A DNA stretch of 64,000 nucleotides from Chiloscyllium plagiosum (GCF_004010195.1 NC_057759.1:1869069-1933068); one strand, 5' to 3'. Positions 24,146 to 39,439 are shown, counted from the stretch's first letter. Numbers and translations are program-made. Notes: a model not told the origin generated them from the letters alone.

Positions 24146-25136
24146 NNNNNNNNNNNNNNNNNNNNNNNNNNNNNNNNNNNNNNNNNNNNNNNNNNNNNNN
24201 NNNNNNNNNNNNNNNNNNNNNNNNNNNNNNNNNNNNNNNNNNNNNNNNNNNNNNNNNNNNNNNNNNNNNNNNNNNNNNNNNNNNNNNNNNNNNNNNNNNN
24301 NNNNNNNNNNNNNNNNNNNNNNNNNNNNNNNNNNNNNNNNNNNNNNNNNNNNNNNNNNNNNNNNNNNNNNNNNNNNNNNNNNNNNNNNNNNNNNNNNNNN
24401 NNNNNNNNNNNNNNNNNNNNNNNNNNNNNNNNNNNNNNNNNNNNNNNNNNNNNNNNNNNNNNNNNNNNNNNNNNNNNNNNNNNNNNNNNNNNNNNNNNNN
24501 NNNNNNNNNNNNNNNNNNNNNNNNNNNNNNNNNNNNNNNNNNNNNNNNNNNNNNNNNNNNNNNNNNNNNNNNNNNNNNNNNNNNNNNNNNNNNNNNNNNN
24601 NNNNNNNNNNNNNNNNNNNNNNNNNNNNNNNNNNNNNNNNNNNNNNNNNNNNNNNNNNNNNNNNNNNNNNNNNNNNNNNNNNNNNNNNNNNNNNNNNNNN
24701 NNNNNNNNNNNNNNNNNNNNNNNNNNNNNNNNNNNNNNNNNNNNNNNNNNNNNNNNNNNNNNNNNNNNNNNNNNNNNNNNNNNNNNNNNNNNNNNNNNNN
24801 NNNNNNNNNNNNNNNNNNNNNNNNNNNNNNNNNNNNNNNNNNNNNNNNNNNNNNNNNNNNNNNNNNNNNNNNNNNNNNNNNNNNNNNNNNNNNNNNNNNN
24901 NNNNNNNNNNNNNNNNNNNNNNNNNNNNNNNNNNNNNNNNNNNNNNNNNNNNNNNNNNNNNNNNNNNNNNNNNNNNNNNNNNNNNNNNNNNNNNNNNNNN
25001 NNNNNNNNNNNNNNNNNNNNNNNNNNNNNNNNNNNNNNNNNNNNNNNNNNNNNNNNNNNNNNNNNNNNNNNNNNNNNNNNNNNNNNNNNNNNNNNNNNNN
25101 NNNNNNNNNNNNNNNNNNNNNNNNNNNNNNNNNNNN

Positions 25137-26990
25137 CAGCACCTCCTCTGTATTATGGACATTTTTTAAGATGTCACTATTTGTTTCCCCATGTTCTATA
25201 TCTTCCATTTCATTCTCCTCCGTAAGTACTCGCTTAGTATCTCCCACTTTTCCTATTCTTCTACACATAGGCTGCCTTGCTAATCTTTGCTGGGCCCTCT
25301 TCTTTCCCTGGTTACCATTTTGACCTTCATGTATTTATAAAATCTATTTGAATTCTCCTTAACACTATTTGCCAAAGCTATGTTATGTCCCTTTTTTGCC
25401 CTCCTCATTTCCTCCTTAAGTATATCCCTACTGCCTTTATACTCTTCGAAGGATTCACTCAACCTCTCCTGTATTTAACTAATATATGCTTCCTTCTTAT
25501 TTGGACCAAAACCTCAACATCTTTTCTCATGCAGCATTTCCTACACCTACCAGTCATACCTTTCACATGAACAGGAACATACTGTCTCTGTACCCTCATT
25601 TTCTCATTTTTGAAGGCTTTCCATTTTTCAGCCATCACTTTGCCTGTGAACATCTGCCCTCGGTCAACTTTTGAAAGTTTTTGCACAATACTCTCAAAAT
25701 TGGCCTTCCTCCAAATTAGAAATTTAACTTTTAGATCTGGTCGATCCTTTTCCATCAGAGTTTTAAAACTAATAAAATTATAGTTGTTGGCCCCAAAGTG
25801 CTCCCCCACTGACACATCATTATATCACAAGAGTAGGTCAAGATTTGCACCTTGTCTAGACGATGCATTCACATACTGAATCAGAAACTCTTTTTGTACA
25901 CACTTCAGAAATCCCTTTCTGTCTAAACCATTAACAATATGGCAGCCATAATCTATGTTTGGAATGTTAAAACCCCTCACCATAACCACACCATTATTCT
26001 TGCAGATCTAAGATCTCCTGACAAATTTGTTTCTCAATTTCCTGCTGACTGTTAGGGTGTCTACAGTCCAATCCCAATAAGGTGATCAAACCCTTTCTTA
26101 TTTCTCATTTCCCCATCCAAATAATTTCCATGGACATAAGCCCAGGGATATCCTCCCCCAGTAAAGGTGTGATCTTATCTCTTACCAAACATATCACGCC
26201 CCATTTTCTCTTGCTGACTCCTCCCCCCATCCTTCCAAAAACAATTGATTCCTGGAACATTAAGCTGCCAGTTGTGTCATCACCAAACCATGTCTCTGTA
26301 GTTGCTATGATATCCCAATTCCAATCCCATTTTCCTAACCATGTCCTGAGTTCATCCTCTTGCATTGAAATAAATGCAGTTTAAGTTATCAATCCAACCT
26401 CATTCTCTTCTATGTTCCTGTCTGCCCTGGGTGTTTGACTTACCGACTACCAGCCTCAGATTGATATTTTTGTTCACTATCTCCCCGGTTCCCACTGACC
26501 TCACCCCATACCCACACCTTACTAGTTTAACCCCTCCCCAGTAGCTCAAGGAAGTGACCCTGCCAATATTGTAGATCCCTTTCAATTCAGGTGGATTCCA
26601 TCCTTTATCTACAAGTCACGTTTTCCCCAGAAGAGATTCCAATGAACCAAAAATTTGAACACCTCTCCCCTGCACAAGCTCCTGAGTTGGGCATTCCTCT
26701 GCTCTATCATCCTATTCCTACCCTCAGTCGCTTGTAACAGCGGGAGTAATCTAGATATTACTACCGGAGAGGATCTCCTTTCTAAATTCTTGCATTTCTT
26801 CCTTATTTTTCCTTCGGAATCTTATCTCTTTCCCTTCCTGTGTAGTTAGTTCCAATGTGTAAGCCCCTTTGTGAATAGCCTGCACTCTCTCCGTGATATC
26901 CTTGATCCTGACACCAGGGAGGCAACACACTATTCTGACTTCACTCTATCGGTCAGATAGACGTCTGTCCATGCTGCTGACAAAGAGATT
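25137..26990 (-). mobile_element. CR1 LINE, ORF1 end and endonuclease region, degenerate
   Basis: DELRTW...DIIATTETWF (APE endonuclease), VGEHFG, WRKANF. Confidence 0.88.
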
Positions 26991-27879
26991 CGAGTTTTGT
27001 AATTTGTAAAAGGAGGACCTTCCAAATCGCGACTACCTCCATCTAAAACGATAACGGCAGCTGATGTCAGGGAACACCGCCTTGAAGTCGGACAAGTTCC
27101 CCTCTAAGGCACTCACCATGCTGACTTGGAAATAAAACCACTTTCTTTCACTGTCACTAGATCAAGACCCTGGAACTCCGTGTTCATGCCATTTTGGGCA
27201 GCAGCTGTTCCAGAAGGTGGCTCAACACCGCCTTCTCAAAGGGATGGAGAATAAATGCTAGGCTCAGCCAGCGACATCCACGTACCAGGAGTGAATAAAC
27301 AAAAACAGCTGGTGTCTCTCGTTGTGGCATACAATACATCACAAGGTTTCTGTCTGCAGCATACATGCCACTAAAATCTGTCATCCACGACAAACTAAAT
27401 CGAGTTCCAGAGATGTTGTCGCACACCTGGTCTGACTTTTGCACATGCCTCCTGACCCAGAAATGAGCTCAGACACTGTGATCAGTTATTTTCTGCTTTC
27501 ATAAGAATGTTCCACTTATTCCATCTCTCTGCATGTTACTTTGGGCAAGAAGTTAATATTTCTGGATGAGGGGTCAGCAGGATTAAATACCACAGTTAAC
27601 ATTCAATCAGACGTAATGTTATTGAATGGGGGAGCACAGCGGATGGGCCGAGTGGCCGCCAGCTTCTCCGCCCCCTGATCAGATTGTGAGAGAGCCGGAG
27701 GGAGGAATTATTAACATGACGCGGGAATGAACTCCATTGGAGCTTCATAAAGGGGCAATTCCCAGCTTGAAACCTTCTCTGCCCTTTCCCCCACGGCCTC
27801 AGTTCCTTTGGTCAAACTGGGAGAAAAGGGAATTGGGGAAATGACCAATTGATGTTTGTTTCTGGGAATCATTGGGAAA

Positions 27880-28118
27880 AGCAGCGCATGCGCGATGATT
27901 GTTCCTGAGCAGAGGAGCTCATGCGTGAGGCCCTCCCCCAGCGCTGCCATTGAGGAGCATTTACTCAGTGAGTGCAAGAGGTTTGTTTGAAACAGACCGC
28001 AATGGAGAGATCAGCGCCTCGGGAAGCGAGGGAACAGCAGGCTCCTTCCAGCAGCACATCGGGATGGGAGCCTGGGACACAGAGGGGGCTCCGAGACCGG
28101 GATTGATTCGGGGTGAGT
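27880..28118 (+). promoter_or_regulatory. CpG promoter and first exon (copy 3); plausible start of the ZNF gene ending at 39440-40770
   Basis: GCGCATGCGC at 27884-27893, exon near-identical to copies 1 and 2, donor gtgagt at 28113. Confidence 0.7.
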
Positions 28119-31100
28119 TCAGGGAGAACCGGGGGCTGTTTGTAAGAGGCCGAGCGGAGCAGGAACTGGTCCCGGAACTTGGAGTGAGCGGGCTGGGGGG
28201 AAGAGAGAGGCCTTTCTCGGGCTGTGTGTGGGCCTGCTGAGGGAGGCAGAGCGAGAAGAAGCTGCTGTGGGACATTCTTGGGGTTTGTAATCCCCTCAAC
28301 ACTGATGGGAATTCATTGTTTGGCTTCTGTTTCACGCTGTTTATTGCGAATAGACTTTGAAATAAAGGACAGTAGAAACAAATGTAATAATCCTGTGTAA
28401 GATAAATATAGCAGGCACCGGATAAACGTCNNNNNNNNNNNNNNNNNNNNNNNNNNNNNNNNNNNNNNNNNNNNNNNNNNNNNNNNNNNNNNNNNNNNNN
28501 NNNNNNNNNNNNNNNNNNNNNNNNNNNNNNNNNNNNNNNNNNNNNNNNNNNNNNNNNNNNNNNNNNNNNNNNNNNNNNNNNNNNNNNNNNNNNNNNNNNN
28601 NNNNNNNNNNNNNNNNNNNNNNNNNNNNNNNNNNNNNNNNNNNNNNNNNNNNNNNNNNNNNNNNNNNNNNNNNNNNNNNNNNNNNNNNNNNNNNNNNNNN
28701 NNNNNNNNNNNNNNNNNNNNNNNNNNNNNNNNNNNNNNNNNNNNNNNNNNNNNNNNNNNNNNNNNNNNNNNNNNNNNNNNNNNNNNNNNNNNNNNNNNNN
28801 NNNNNNNNNNNNNNNNNNNNNNNNNNNNNNNNNNNNNNNNNNNNNNNNNNNNNNNNNNNNNNNNNNNNNNNNNNNNNNNNNNNNNNNNNNNNNNNNNNNN
28901 NNNNNNNNNNNNNNNNNNNNNNNNNNNNNNNNNNNNNNNNNNNNNNNNNNNNNNNNNNNNNNNNNNNNNNNNNNNNNNNNNNNNNNNNNNNNNNNNNNNN
29001 NNNNNNNNNNNNNNNNNNNNNNNNNNNNNNNNNNNNNNNNNNNNNNNNNNNNNNNNNTCTCTCATTCTCACTCTCAGCCGAGTGTTGATGAAAGCACACT
29101 TTATGCACGCTCCCATTCTGGTTGAGGGCCTCAGTAATGCAGAAGCATTTCCATACTTTTTTAATGTATGAAACACTGATTGGTAAGACCTTAAACCTAC
29201 GTCATAAAGTGTATCAGAACTGGAATCACACAGAGACATACAGACAATGTTGGTGTGATCTCGACCAGTAGCACTCTTTAAAGTGATACAGATTGGCAGC
29301 ACAACAGAAAATTCACTCTCACTCAGCCAGTTAATGGTAAAAGGGAAAAAAAATGCAATTTAGGTCCACAACTACTTCCAGATATGGACAGTCATAAATT
29401 GACTGTCCACATTATTAATCACTTCAGAAGATGTTCATATTAGATGTTCACATTATTGCAGTGCCCAGCTGCAACTGCCAAAGACTACTACATGCACAAA
29501 ATGTAAAAAGAAAGCTGAGATTGAAAAGAATAAAATTCAGATTCTTGGCAAACATAAGTATTGAACCAACATTAATGCCTCAAGCACACAGGTTTATCAA
29601 ATATTGAACGGGTTTATCCTACACCCTGCTGAAAAAACACAACTGAACATAGAGAATGGCATCCATATACTCGACTTGTCACTGTTGCACACCGAGCAAA
29701 ACTGGCACTCGAGGTATTCAAAGTTTAATAACTGCAGAACTAATCTCAAATTGGCATTTACACTGAGACACTGGCAGTGAGTGAATGAAGATTAGAATCC
29801 CAACAATTAGTGGAAACTAGTATGGAGAACAGATAAAGAATAGAATGTCTAAGTGCAGAGACAACCGGCTGAATGGTTGTACCAATTCTGTGATTGAGTC
29901 ATAAATCACAAAATGTATAAGAGATTAAGGCCCAATTTCAACACCCTAAACACTGTTGTTGGACTGAATCTCAGTCACAGATTTTCTTTTCTCTAATTCA
30001 TTCATGGGATGAGGGCATCACTGACTCAGCCAGCATTTATTGCCTATCCCGAACTACCCATGCAGCCACATTGATGTGGGTCTGGAGTCACATGCAGGCC
30101 AGACAAGGTAAGGATGGCAGTTTCCTTCATTCAAGGACTTTACTGAACCAGATGAGGTTTTCTGGCAATCAACAATAGATTCATGGATGTCATTAGACTC
30201 TTAGAATATTATTGGCTGCCAGAGAATTGAGCAACTTTGGTATAAAAGAGTTGAACATGACTGGAACTCATTGAGAACTTCACTTTCACAGTCACACAGC
30301 AGAAACTAGCATGTATAGATCAATTCCTAAATTCTTACATGGGCACAGCAGAAATTGACATGTATACATCAAATCCTAAACTCTCGTATGGACACAACCA
30401 AAACGGACAGACATTGATTGATATCTGCTCTCACAATATTCACACTGTGGCAACTAAAAGGGAGAGAACAATAATCCCACACACACACATGACAGGTCCA
30501 GGTTGATAACTAGACTAACACATTCGCATAGCAAAACCTGACAGGTACAGTATGATAAATGAATTTGCACATTTATAAACAAGAAGCTGATAGATACAGA
30601 TTAATAACTGCACTCTCATTTGCACAGAGCAGAATCTGACGGGGACAGGTTGGTAAATAACTCTGACATGTAGTTGGCATTAAATCTCAGACAAACACTG
30701 ATAACTACACTCTCATATTCATAAAGCAGAAACTGACAGGAATAAATTGATTATGCTCCCAATATCAAATCACATAAATTGACGTGTACACTTTTATAAC
30801 GACTCTCACGTATTCACAGAGAAGAAACTGACAGGCAGAGATTGATAACAAAACAAAAATTAATGGAAAATTCACAGGTCTGGCAGTGTTTCAGGTCTAG
30901 TGACTGGTCCTCAGAACTGATGGTGGCAAGGAAAATGCACACAATGTGGTCTCCTCTATGTTAGGGAAACAGAGTAGATTGGATGTCCACAGTGCAGAGC
31001 ACCTACATTCTGCCCAGACAAAAAGACCCTGAGCTTCCAGTTGCCTGCCACTTCAACACACCACCCTGTTCCCTGGCCAAGATCTCTGTCTCAGGCTTGC

Positions 31101-31344
31101 TGTAGTGCTCCAGTGATGCTCAGTGCAAGCTGGAAGAACAGCATCTCATTTTCTGCTTGGGATCTCGACAGCCTTCTGGACTCAATATTGAGTTCAATAA
31201 CTACAGGGCTTGAGCTCTCCCATGTCATTACCCAAAAACCCACATATCCGGCCTTGTTAACATTTAGTCTGCTATTATATGCTGCCAATTGTTAGCCACT
31301 AACAGGCCCTATTAATAAACTTTTCACCCACTTAGTCTGACAGA

Positions 31345-31620
31345 TTAGATTACTTGCAGTGTGGAAACAGGCCCTTCGGACCAACAAGTCCACACCGACC
31401 CTCTGAAGAGAAACCCACCCAGGCGCATTCCCCTACATTTACCCTTTAACTTAACACTACGGGCAATTTAGCATGGCCAATTCATCTAACCACATTTTTG
31501 GACTGTGGGAGGAAACCGGAGCACCCGGAGGAAACCCACGCAGATACGGGGAAAATGTGCAAACTCCACACAGACAATTGCCCGAGGTGGGAATTGAACC
31601 CAGGTCCCCGATGCTGTGAC
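31345..31620 (-). mobile_element. HE1-like SINE
   Basis: ggactgtgggaggaaaccggagcacccggaggaaacccacgcag core. Confidence 0.8.
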
Positions 31621-33629
31621 ACCATGTCACCCCACTCCTCTGTCTGTCCAACTGTTCTTCTCTTTCTTTGGACTCTAACTCCATCTATCTTTTACTCGTC
31701 ACCCTTCCACCCAGCCTATCTTCTGTATAAAAACTAATATTTTCCTACCAACCACCAGAAAATACAGAAGTTTGAATACACCACCCAACAAACTCAAGAA
31801 CAGCTTCTTTGCTGTCATCAGACTTTTGAATGGACTGCTCAAATTTTAAGGTGAAAGTGGGTACTGCAGATGCTGGAGATTAGTGTCCAGATTAGAGTGT
31901 TGCTGGAAAAGCACAGCAGGTCAGGCAGCATCCGAGGAGCAGGAAAATTGACGTTTTGGACATTCCTGATGAAATGACCTGCTGTTCTTTTCCAGCACCA
32001 CTCTAATCTGGCTCAAATTTTAATGTTAATCTCTCTCTCTTTGCAGCTTCAAAACTGTATTGCAGATTCTGTTCTATTACCCTGATGCATTTTGTATGAT
32101 ATTATCTGCCTGTAAAGCACACAAAACAATACTTTCCATTGTATCTCAGTGCATGTGACAAAAAGTAAATCAAATCAAATCAAATGGATAACTACACTCA
32201 CATATTCGTATAGCAGAAGCTGAGAGGTACAGTTTGATAATTACAGTCAGACAAACTGACAGGAAAAGATGAATAAATACACTCAAACACTGATATTACA
32301 GAGCCTGACAGGGAAAGATTGATAACTAAACTCTCACATTCACAAAGCAGAGACTGATAGCGACAGGTGAAAACTCAGCTCACACATTCACATAGTAGAA
32401 ACTGAAGGATTGACAATTACAGAAACATATTCACCAAGCAGAAACTGACAGCTACACATTGACAACTATATTTATGTATTTACACAGCAGAGTCTGAAAG
32501 ATACAGATTGACAGTTACACTCACTTTGACAAAGAAGAAAATGACAGGAAGAGAATGATAACTGTATTCCAACATTCACATCACTGAACTAACTGCTACA
32601 GTTTGATTAATACAGCCACACTCACAGAGCAGAAGCTGATGGGTACTGCTCAAATAACTGTATTCACATATTGACAGGGAAGAAACTGACGGGAACACAT
32701 TAGTGTCTTCACTGTCATATTGACGTAGTCGGAACAGATTGACAATGATACTCTGGTGTCAAATAGCAAAACCTGACCTGGACTGTTTGATAATTACACT
32801 CACATGTTGATATTGCTTAAACTAACAGATAGAGGTGAATATCTTCATTTTCAAAGATTAAACTGATTGGTTCAAATTGATGACTGCATTTAATATTCAT
32901 ACAGCAGAAACTGACACGTTCTCATAGCTGAAACTTACATGTTCAGGTTGATAACTACATTCTCAGACACACAGGAGAAACTATTAGGGACAGATTGGTA
33001 AAGCAAACACACACGTTCGCAGGACAGAAACTGACAGGTATATATAGATAACTAAGCTCACATATCCACATCAGACAAACACACAGAGACTGATTGTATT
33101 TATTTAAAATGTGTTAAATGTATTTTTGAACCAGTCCCTGGCAGTTTCCTCTATGTGTATGCACGAGTTCAGTTACCAATCTGCACCTGTCGATTTATGC
33201 TATTTGAATGTATGAGTGTAGTTATCAGTCTGTCCCTATTTGTCTCTGTGGTGAGAAAATGTAAATGTATTTACCAGAGAGTAACAGGGACAGATTGATA
33301 ACTGTATTCACTCGCATATTTGCGCAGATTATATGGATTGATAATTACAGTTTGATCATTACACTCAGATGTTCACAGAGTAGCATTTAACAGGTTCATC
33401 TTGATAATTGTCTTCACACATTCGCTGAGCAGGAACTGACAGGTATGGATAGATAAGGAAACTTTCATATCCAGACACGCACTTGCATTACATTATCCCA
33501 TCCCATTTGTAGAGGAGTTGGTTAGTATCTGGTTCTCAGCGAATTGGTACAGATTTTTTTGATACAGTCACCAAAGAGCAGCTCAGGCAATAATAGAATC
33601 AGCCCTGTGGTCCTGTTGGAATTGCTGTC

Positions 33630-34770
33630 TTGCATGAAAATATTGCCCCTAAAGTAAGTTTAAAAACTTTTCCCTCTCACCTTAACACTTTGCACTCCAG
33701 TTTTTGATTCCCCAATGCATGGAAAAATGCCTTGGTTATTCATACTATCCATGCCGCTCATGATTTTATAAACCTTTATAATGTCCTACCTCAGCCTCCG
33801 ATATTCCAGAGTAAAAAGTCCCAAATTGTCCAGCCTCTTGCAATAGTCCAAAGCCTCCCGTCCTGGCAAAATCCTCGTAAATCTTTTCTTCACCCTAGAA
33901 GGTTTAACAACGTCCTTCCTATAGCAGAGTGAACCGAGTTGAACGCAGTATTTTAAATGTGGTCTCACAAACGTCCATGACCTCCTAACTCCCATTCTCA
34001 ATGCACTGACCAATAAAGGCAAGCATATGAAGTGTCGTCTTCACCACCCTGTCTACCTGCGATTCCACTTTCAAGTAACTACAGCCCTGCACCCCTTTGA
34101 TAAATAGCAGTTCCAAGCCTGCCCTTTCCCATTCATTGCATAAGTTTTGCATTGCTTTACTTTAACAAAATGCAATACTACATTTTTATCAAAACTAAAT
34201 TTCATCTGCCGCTCCTCAGCCCATTGGCCCATCTGATGAAGGTCCCTTGTACTCTGAGATAATTTTCTGCACTGCATCACAAATGTTGATGTCATCTGCA
34301 AACCTACAGGCACATATATATGAATCATTTGGATGTGAATATGAGGAAAATCAGTAAGGTCAGCACTGATCCTTGTGGCACACCACTGGTAACAGGCCTT
34401 CAGTCTGAAATGCAATCCTCTAGCCTCACAATCTGATTTCTAGCTTCAATCCAATTTTGTAGTCAATTGGCTAGCTCAGCTTGGATACATTGATGACCTA
34501 ACCTGTCTAACTTGCCTGCTATCCGGAATCTTGTTGGACGCCTTGCTGAAGTCTATTTGGACAACGTCTGCCTCACTGCCTTCGTCAGTTTTTTTGTCAC
34601 CTCTTAAAAAAACGCAATCAAGATAGTGAGACATGATTTCCCATGTACAAAGCCGTGTTGATGATGCCTAATCAGTCCTTGCATTTGCAAATACATGTAA
34701 ACCAATCCTTTCAAATCCTCTCCAACAGCTTACCCATTACTTATGTCAGGATCACCAGTCTATAGTTCGG
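33630..34770 (-). mobile_element. CR1 LINE RT fragment
   Basis: VRPHLKYCVQ...RFTRILPG...LGLFTLEYRRLR. Confidence 0.88.
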
Positions 34771-36069
34771 GTCATAACTTTCTTTCCTCGTTGCACTTCT
34801 CCACTGGTCATAGCAAATGTTTAATTGAACCAGTTTGGTGATAAGACCAATAACATGGACCTCAGACTGGTCACGGTCAATGTTATGAACAACTCAGGTA
34901 GGTTTTTTTAATCTGTTAAAATTAACAAATTTATGGCCAAAACAAAGTTACTCAAATTGTGATAGAAAGAAGAATGACAAACAGTTTGGAAATTGGAAAT
35001 ATGTACACCAATGCTTCTCTTTCTAAAAATACTGACACATGCACACATTTGATGACAAACTGAAAAACAAAGTCTCTGCAGAGCATTGATTTTAAAAAGT
35101 ACGACCAAATATTAATTGAGATTATGACCAAGGAAAATTGAAAGATTGCATCAAACACTATTCTGCTTATCCAGTTAGTCTTTTCTTATCAGCTGCTGGT
35201 GATGGGATTTCTTCCTGAAACAATTAGAATCACCTGAATTCGCTCTGCTTTCGGCAGTGGGGAGATTCCAATGAATCCTCGTCAGGAACCCTCTACGAGT
35301 GGTCAAACCGATTTAGGGTTTTTCATCTCACACATATTGCTGTGAGGAGGAAGAAGGAAACAGAGAGGGAACAATAGGCTGTCCCTTCTCGGGAGTATTA
35401 CATTGTCTCCCTCTTCAGTCGAATCACTCAATGTTATCTGAAGCCAAACTGCACCGTGTAAGGTCACATTAACATTGTCCAGTATGTATTATTCTATCAC
35501 ATCCCCTGCTCCATGTAAGTACATCATTGCTGCTGTCATACCCGGAGCTATTTCTTTCATAGCTAATGACCCCACTTGATTTTAAAGTACATTTATATGT
35601 ACCTGCACAATTTTAAAATAAAAAAAAATATATTTTTGCAGTATCTGTTTTAACGATTGTGTCTCATCCTTTAATGACTTCCCCAGTTTTATTCTCCAAT
35701 AGAGGTAAAATATCTATCAGGTACTCCCCAGTTATATTGTCGACAAAATCTTCTATGGTCAATGAGGACATCTCTCATTCTCAGGGCTAAACTGTTAATC
35801 TATCAGAGCATAACGTATTCAACCCACAAATGAGTAAACATAAACATCTTTGAAAAGTTTCGAAAGCAATAGTGCTTTTTTTTTCACTTCATGGAATTAC
35901 AACCACATACAATACATCAGATTTGGTCTCAGCAACGCCATGTATGGATACAGAAAATCATCCCGAAGATCATACACGATACCCTTTGCAAGAAACAACA
36001 TCATTCCATTTACTTTCCAAATCACTTGCTTCATCTTCAGACTAACTTGATGTCATTCATGGAGGAGGG

Positions 36070-37250
36070 TTAATTTTGATGATATTGATCAAAAACTTTC
36101 ACAAATCGATTGGGACAAATATTCGCAGATATGGGGCCAGCTGAGAAGTGCAAAGCCTTCAAAAAATAAAATGTCAAGTGCCAAGACATAGCATGTTCCT
36201 GTTAGGGTGAAAGGTAATGTTAATTGATGTTAGGAATGCTGGATGATTAGATAAATTCAGGTTCCGGTCACAGATAAGGGGAAAGCATGTGTCAGTGAGA
36301 GAGTAGGAATCGAGTTTTTTCTTCAATATCCATTCACGGGATGATGGTGTCGCTGGCTAGACCAGCCTTCATTGCCCATCCCTAACAGCCCAGAAGCCAG
36401 TTAAGGGTGAGTCGGATTGCTTTGAATCCGGAGTCACACCCAGAATCAGTCCTGGTAAGGGTGGCAGCTTGCTTCTTCACAGAAGATTAGTGAACCAGAT
36501 GGGTTTTCTGAATTCGAAAATTGAATCATAATCATCATTAGACTCTTAATTCCAGATTGAAAGTGAAACTGTAGAAGAATCTAAAGACAGTTGGAGTGCA
36601 CTTATGAGGAAAATCGGGAGGCCAAAAATGGGACATGACGTAGCTTTGGCAAATAGAGTTATGGAGAAACCAAAAGAATTCTGCATATACATTGAGGACA
36701 AAAGAATAGCTCGGGAGAGAATAGGCTCCTTTCAAGATCAGTAATGTTGCCGATGTGCAAAACCACAGGACATGGGGAAAATACTAAGCAAGGATTTTGC
36801 ATCAGTGTTTACTGGGAAGAGGATATGGAAGCTTGAGAACTTGGTAAATAAATAATGACATCTTGAAAAATGTCTGTATTAGAGAGGAGAGATGCTGGAG
36901 GTCTTAAAATGTATAAAGTTGGATGAATCCCCGGTGAACTATCAAGTGTATTCTAGAACTCTGTGGGAAGCTAGAGAAATTATTGCTGAGACCCTTGCTG
37001 AGATATTTGTATGAGCGATACTCACAGGTGAGATCCCAGAAAACTGGAGGTTGGATAACATGCAGCCACTAATTAAAGAATTTATGAAAGGTGGTAAGGA
37101 AAATTGTGGGTACTATATCCTGGTGAACTTGATGTCTGTGGTGGGCAAGTTATTTGAGGCACAGGATTTACATGTATTTGTAAAGTCAACGACTGATTAG
37201 CGACAGCCAACATGGAGTTGTATCTCACTAACTTGACCGAGTTTTTTTTC
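36070..37250 (+). mobile_element. CR1 ORF2 fragment with a nested SINE (36320-36560)
   Basis: Similar to the other CR1 copies (ggagagaataggctcc, gagatcccagaaaactggagg, tctcactaacttgaccgagttttt). Confidence 0.8.
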
Positions 37251-38609
37251 GAGAAGTCGGAACGTGTGCCACTGGAAAAGCACAGCAGATCAGACATCAT
37301 CTGAGGAGCAGGAAATTCGACGTTTCGGGCATAAGCTTTTCATCAGAAATTCCTGATAAAGTAATACGTATTTTTACCCTTATTTATGGTGTCCAGAAAT
37401 TTCTCGGTGAGATGTTGCATGCAGCTGTCTGTCATTTTATCCCTGTCTCCTTTTACAAACAGAGTGGAATATAAACTCCTGCAGTGTTCTGGAGCTACTC
37501 CATCACGGAAGGAGGCAAGATGAAACGGATTGGAAGATTTATGCGCCATCTCTCAGCAACCCTCACACATTCCATCCAGACAGAGTAAATGCTACCTTTC
37601 ATTTTGATATGATAAGTGATGCAAGGAAGGGATTTACTGAACCTGTTCAGCGACTATCATTGATGTCAATCTCCGTGGATTTTGTTTTACCCCAGTGGAA
37701 GGGTTTCCATCTTTTAATGATAAGTTGGCTCCATTCAATGAATTATCCCATAATATGTGTGGGAACATCACCAACAGCACTAATTGGGATCAACAGCTCC
37801 AGAGAGAGAGAGGGAGGAGAGATCAGAATCTAATAACATTAGACTGGAATGTTACAACAATGGGCGGAGTTAATCCAATTATATTTGAGGGATTTCTGCA
37901 TATTATTAGGTGTCATTATTATTGTTGATCGATTTTCTACCTTTGCTTAATATTTTTACAACTGTATCCTGGCTATCCTTGGTGTTGCTGATAAGTCTTA
38001 CTGTTCAATAAGTATTTGTATAAAAATGTATTATATTAGTGTTCATTCCTTTTACTCTGCATTCCTTGCCATCATTGTTCCTGCAGTGACTCTGAATCTA
38101 GATATTCAGTCTACAAACCCCTACTAACTGCAAGAGTGAATATATTCATTTGATCTGTCGCTCTGCTTCTGACAGTGTCCTGCTGACCTACACAGTTTTA
38201 GCTGTACCACTGCCCTTGTAATTTAAATATCGTTAGCATGATCACTGCCTTTTGTTCTGATTACAATCTCCATTTCCTTGCTCTGCTCCTGGCCAATATC
38301 TGATGCTGAGACAGACGAATCACAACTGTGGTGATTTCTTTGGCCATGAGCTGATTCCTGACAAAATACCCTGACCATTCCTAATTGTAACAGCCATCCC
38401 CTCCAGAATATACTTCACTGCATCATCCCATCTGCTACTTGAACCTTGAGCTATGAACTACAGCCTCAATGATACCACTAATCTGCTCTTGACTCTCCCA
38501 GCATCAAACCTGCAGAAGAATTTCTGAGTCGATACTCCACGGCTCGTCTCTGAACTGACACTTAAATCTCATCCCTCTGTCACACTGTGCACTGATCTGT
38601 ATTATAGAG

Positions 38610-38800
38610 ATGCTGGAGTTTGACTGGTGCAGACAAGGTCAAAAATCAAACTGTGCTCGAATACGGTCCAACAGATTTATTCCTAATTGCAAGCTTTTGG
38701 AGCGCTTGTCCCTCCTCCAACCCTGAGGATGGAGCTCAGCTCCGAAAGCTTGTAATCTTCAAATAAACGTGTTGGACTGCAGCTTGGTGTTGTTCGATCT
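38610..38800 (+). mobile_element. Penelope-derived fold-back with hammerhead core
   Basis: Imperfect inverted arms. CTGAGGA-t-GGAGC-tca-GCTCC-GAAA-GCTT at 38723-38751. Confidence 0.7.
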
Positions 38801-39439
38801 TTAATCTCATCGATATTGCTATTGGGTCTGGCAACGTCTTTGTTTTAATATTCTCAAGGACGTCATCACATCTGTCCATGAAATGCCCCTCAGTCTGCCT
38901 CTAGATTACACAAACCCCTTGTTAGTTGTTCATATTGAAACATACTTCCTGCATCAATGTTCTATCTCAAAGAATGATTTTCACATCTAACACTGCACAC
39001 ACAAGCACACACTTCTGTGCCTGGTTGTCGTGAAGTGGAGGTAGAAGAGCATAAATTACTGGAGACCCCACTTACTGTCAAAGCTATTTCGCAATTATTT
39101 TTGACCCTCGAATGGAGTTATGTCCTGTATTACTTATTGTCTTTTTAATTTAATAGGACAGCAAATGTACTGGCTTTCTTTTCTCAAGTAGCCTTGACCT
39201 TTCATTTTCGTATCCTTGGTTCAGTTTCATCTCCATCACCTTTGTAGGCAGGTTGTTCCAGGTCCTAGTCACCTAAATGACGTTTTCCTACATATCTGAC
39301 TACATAAGGATTTTCAGGTTTATGTCCTGGATAACATGTGATCAGCAGGCATCTGGCAATCTAGCAGAATTGCCACCTATGTTAAGTGTATTCAACTGTA
39401 CTGACAGTGATCAATCATTTTATGAATTTATTTTTGCAG

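Larger units (their letters stand above)
27880..33620 (+). repeat. Older direct paralog of about 3735-12960
   Basis: 29110 onward aligns to 5900 onward and 8370 onward without the Penelope insertion. Same order of SINE, PLE remnant, Rex1 tail and 50-bp array, but more diverged. Confidence 0.88.
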
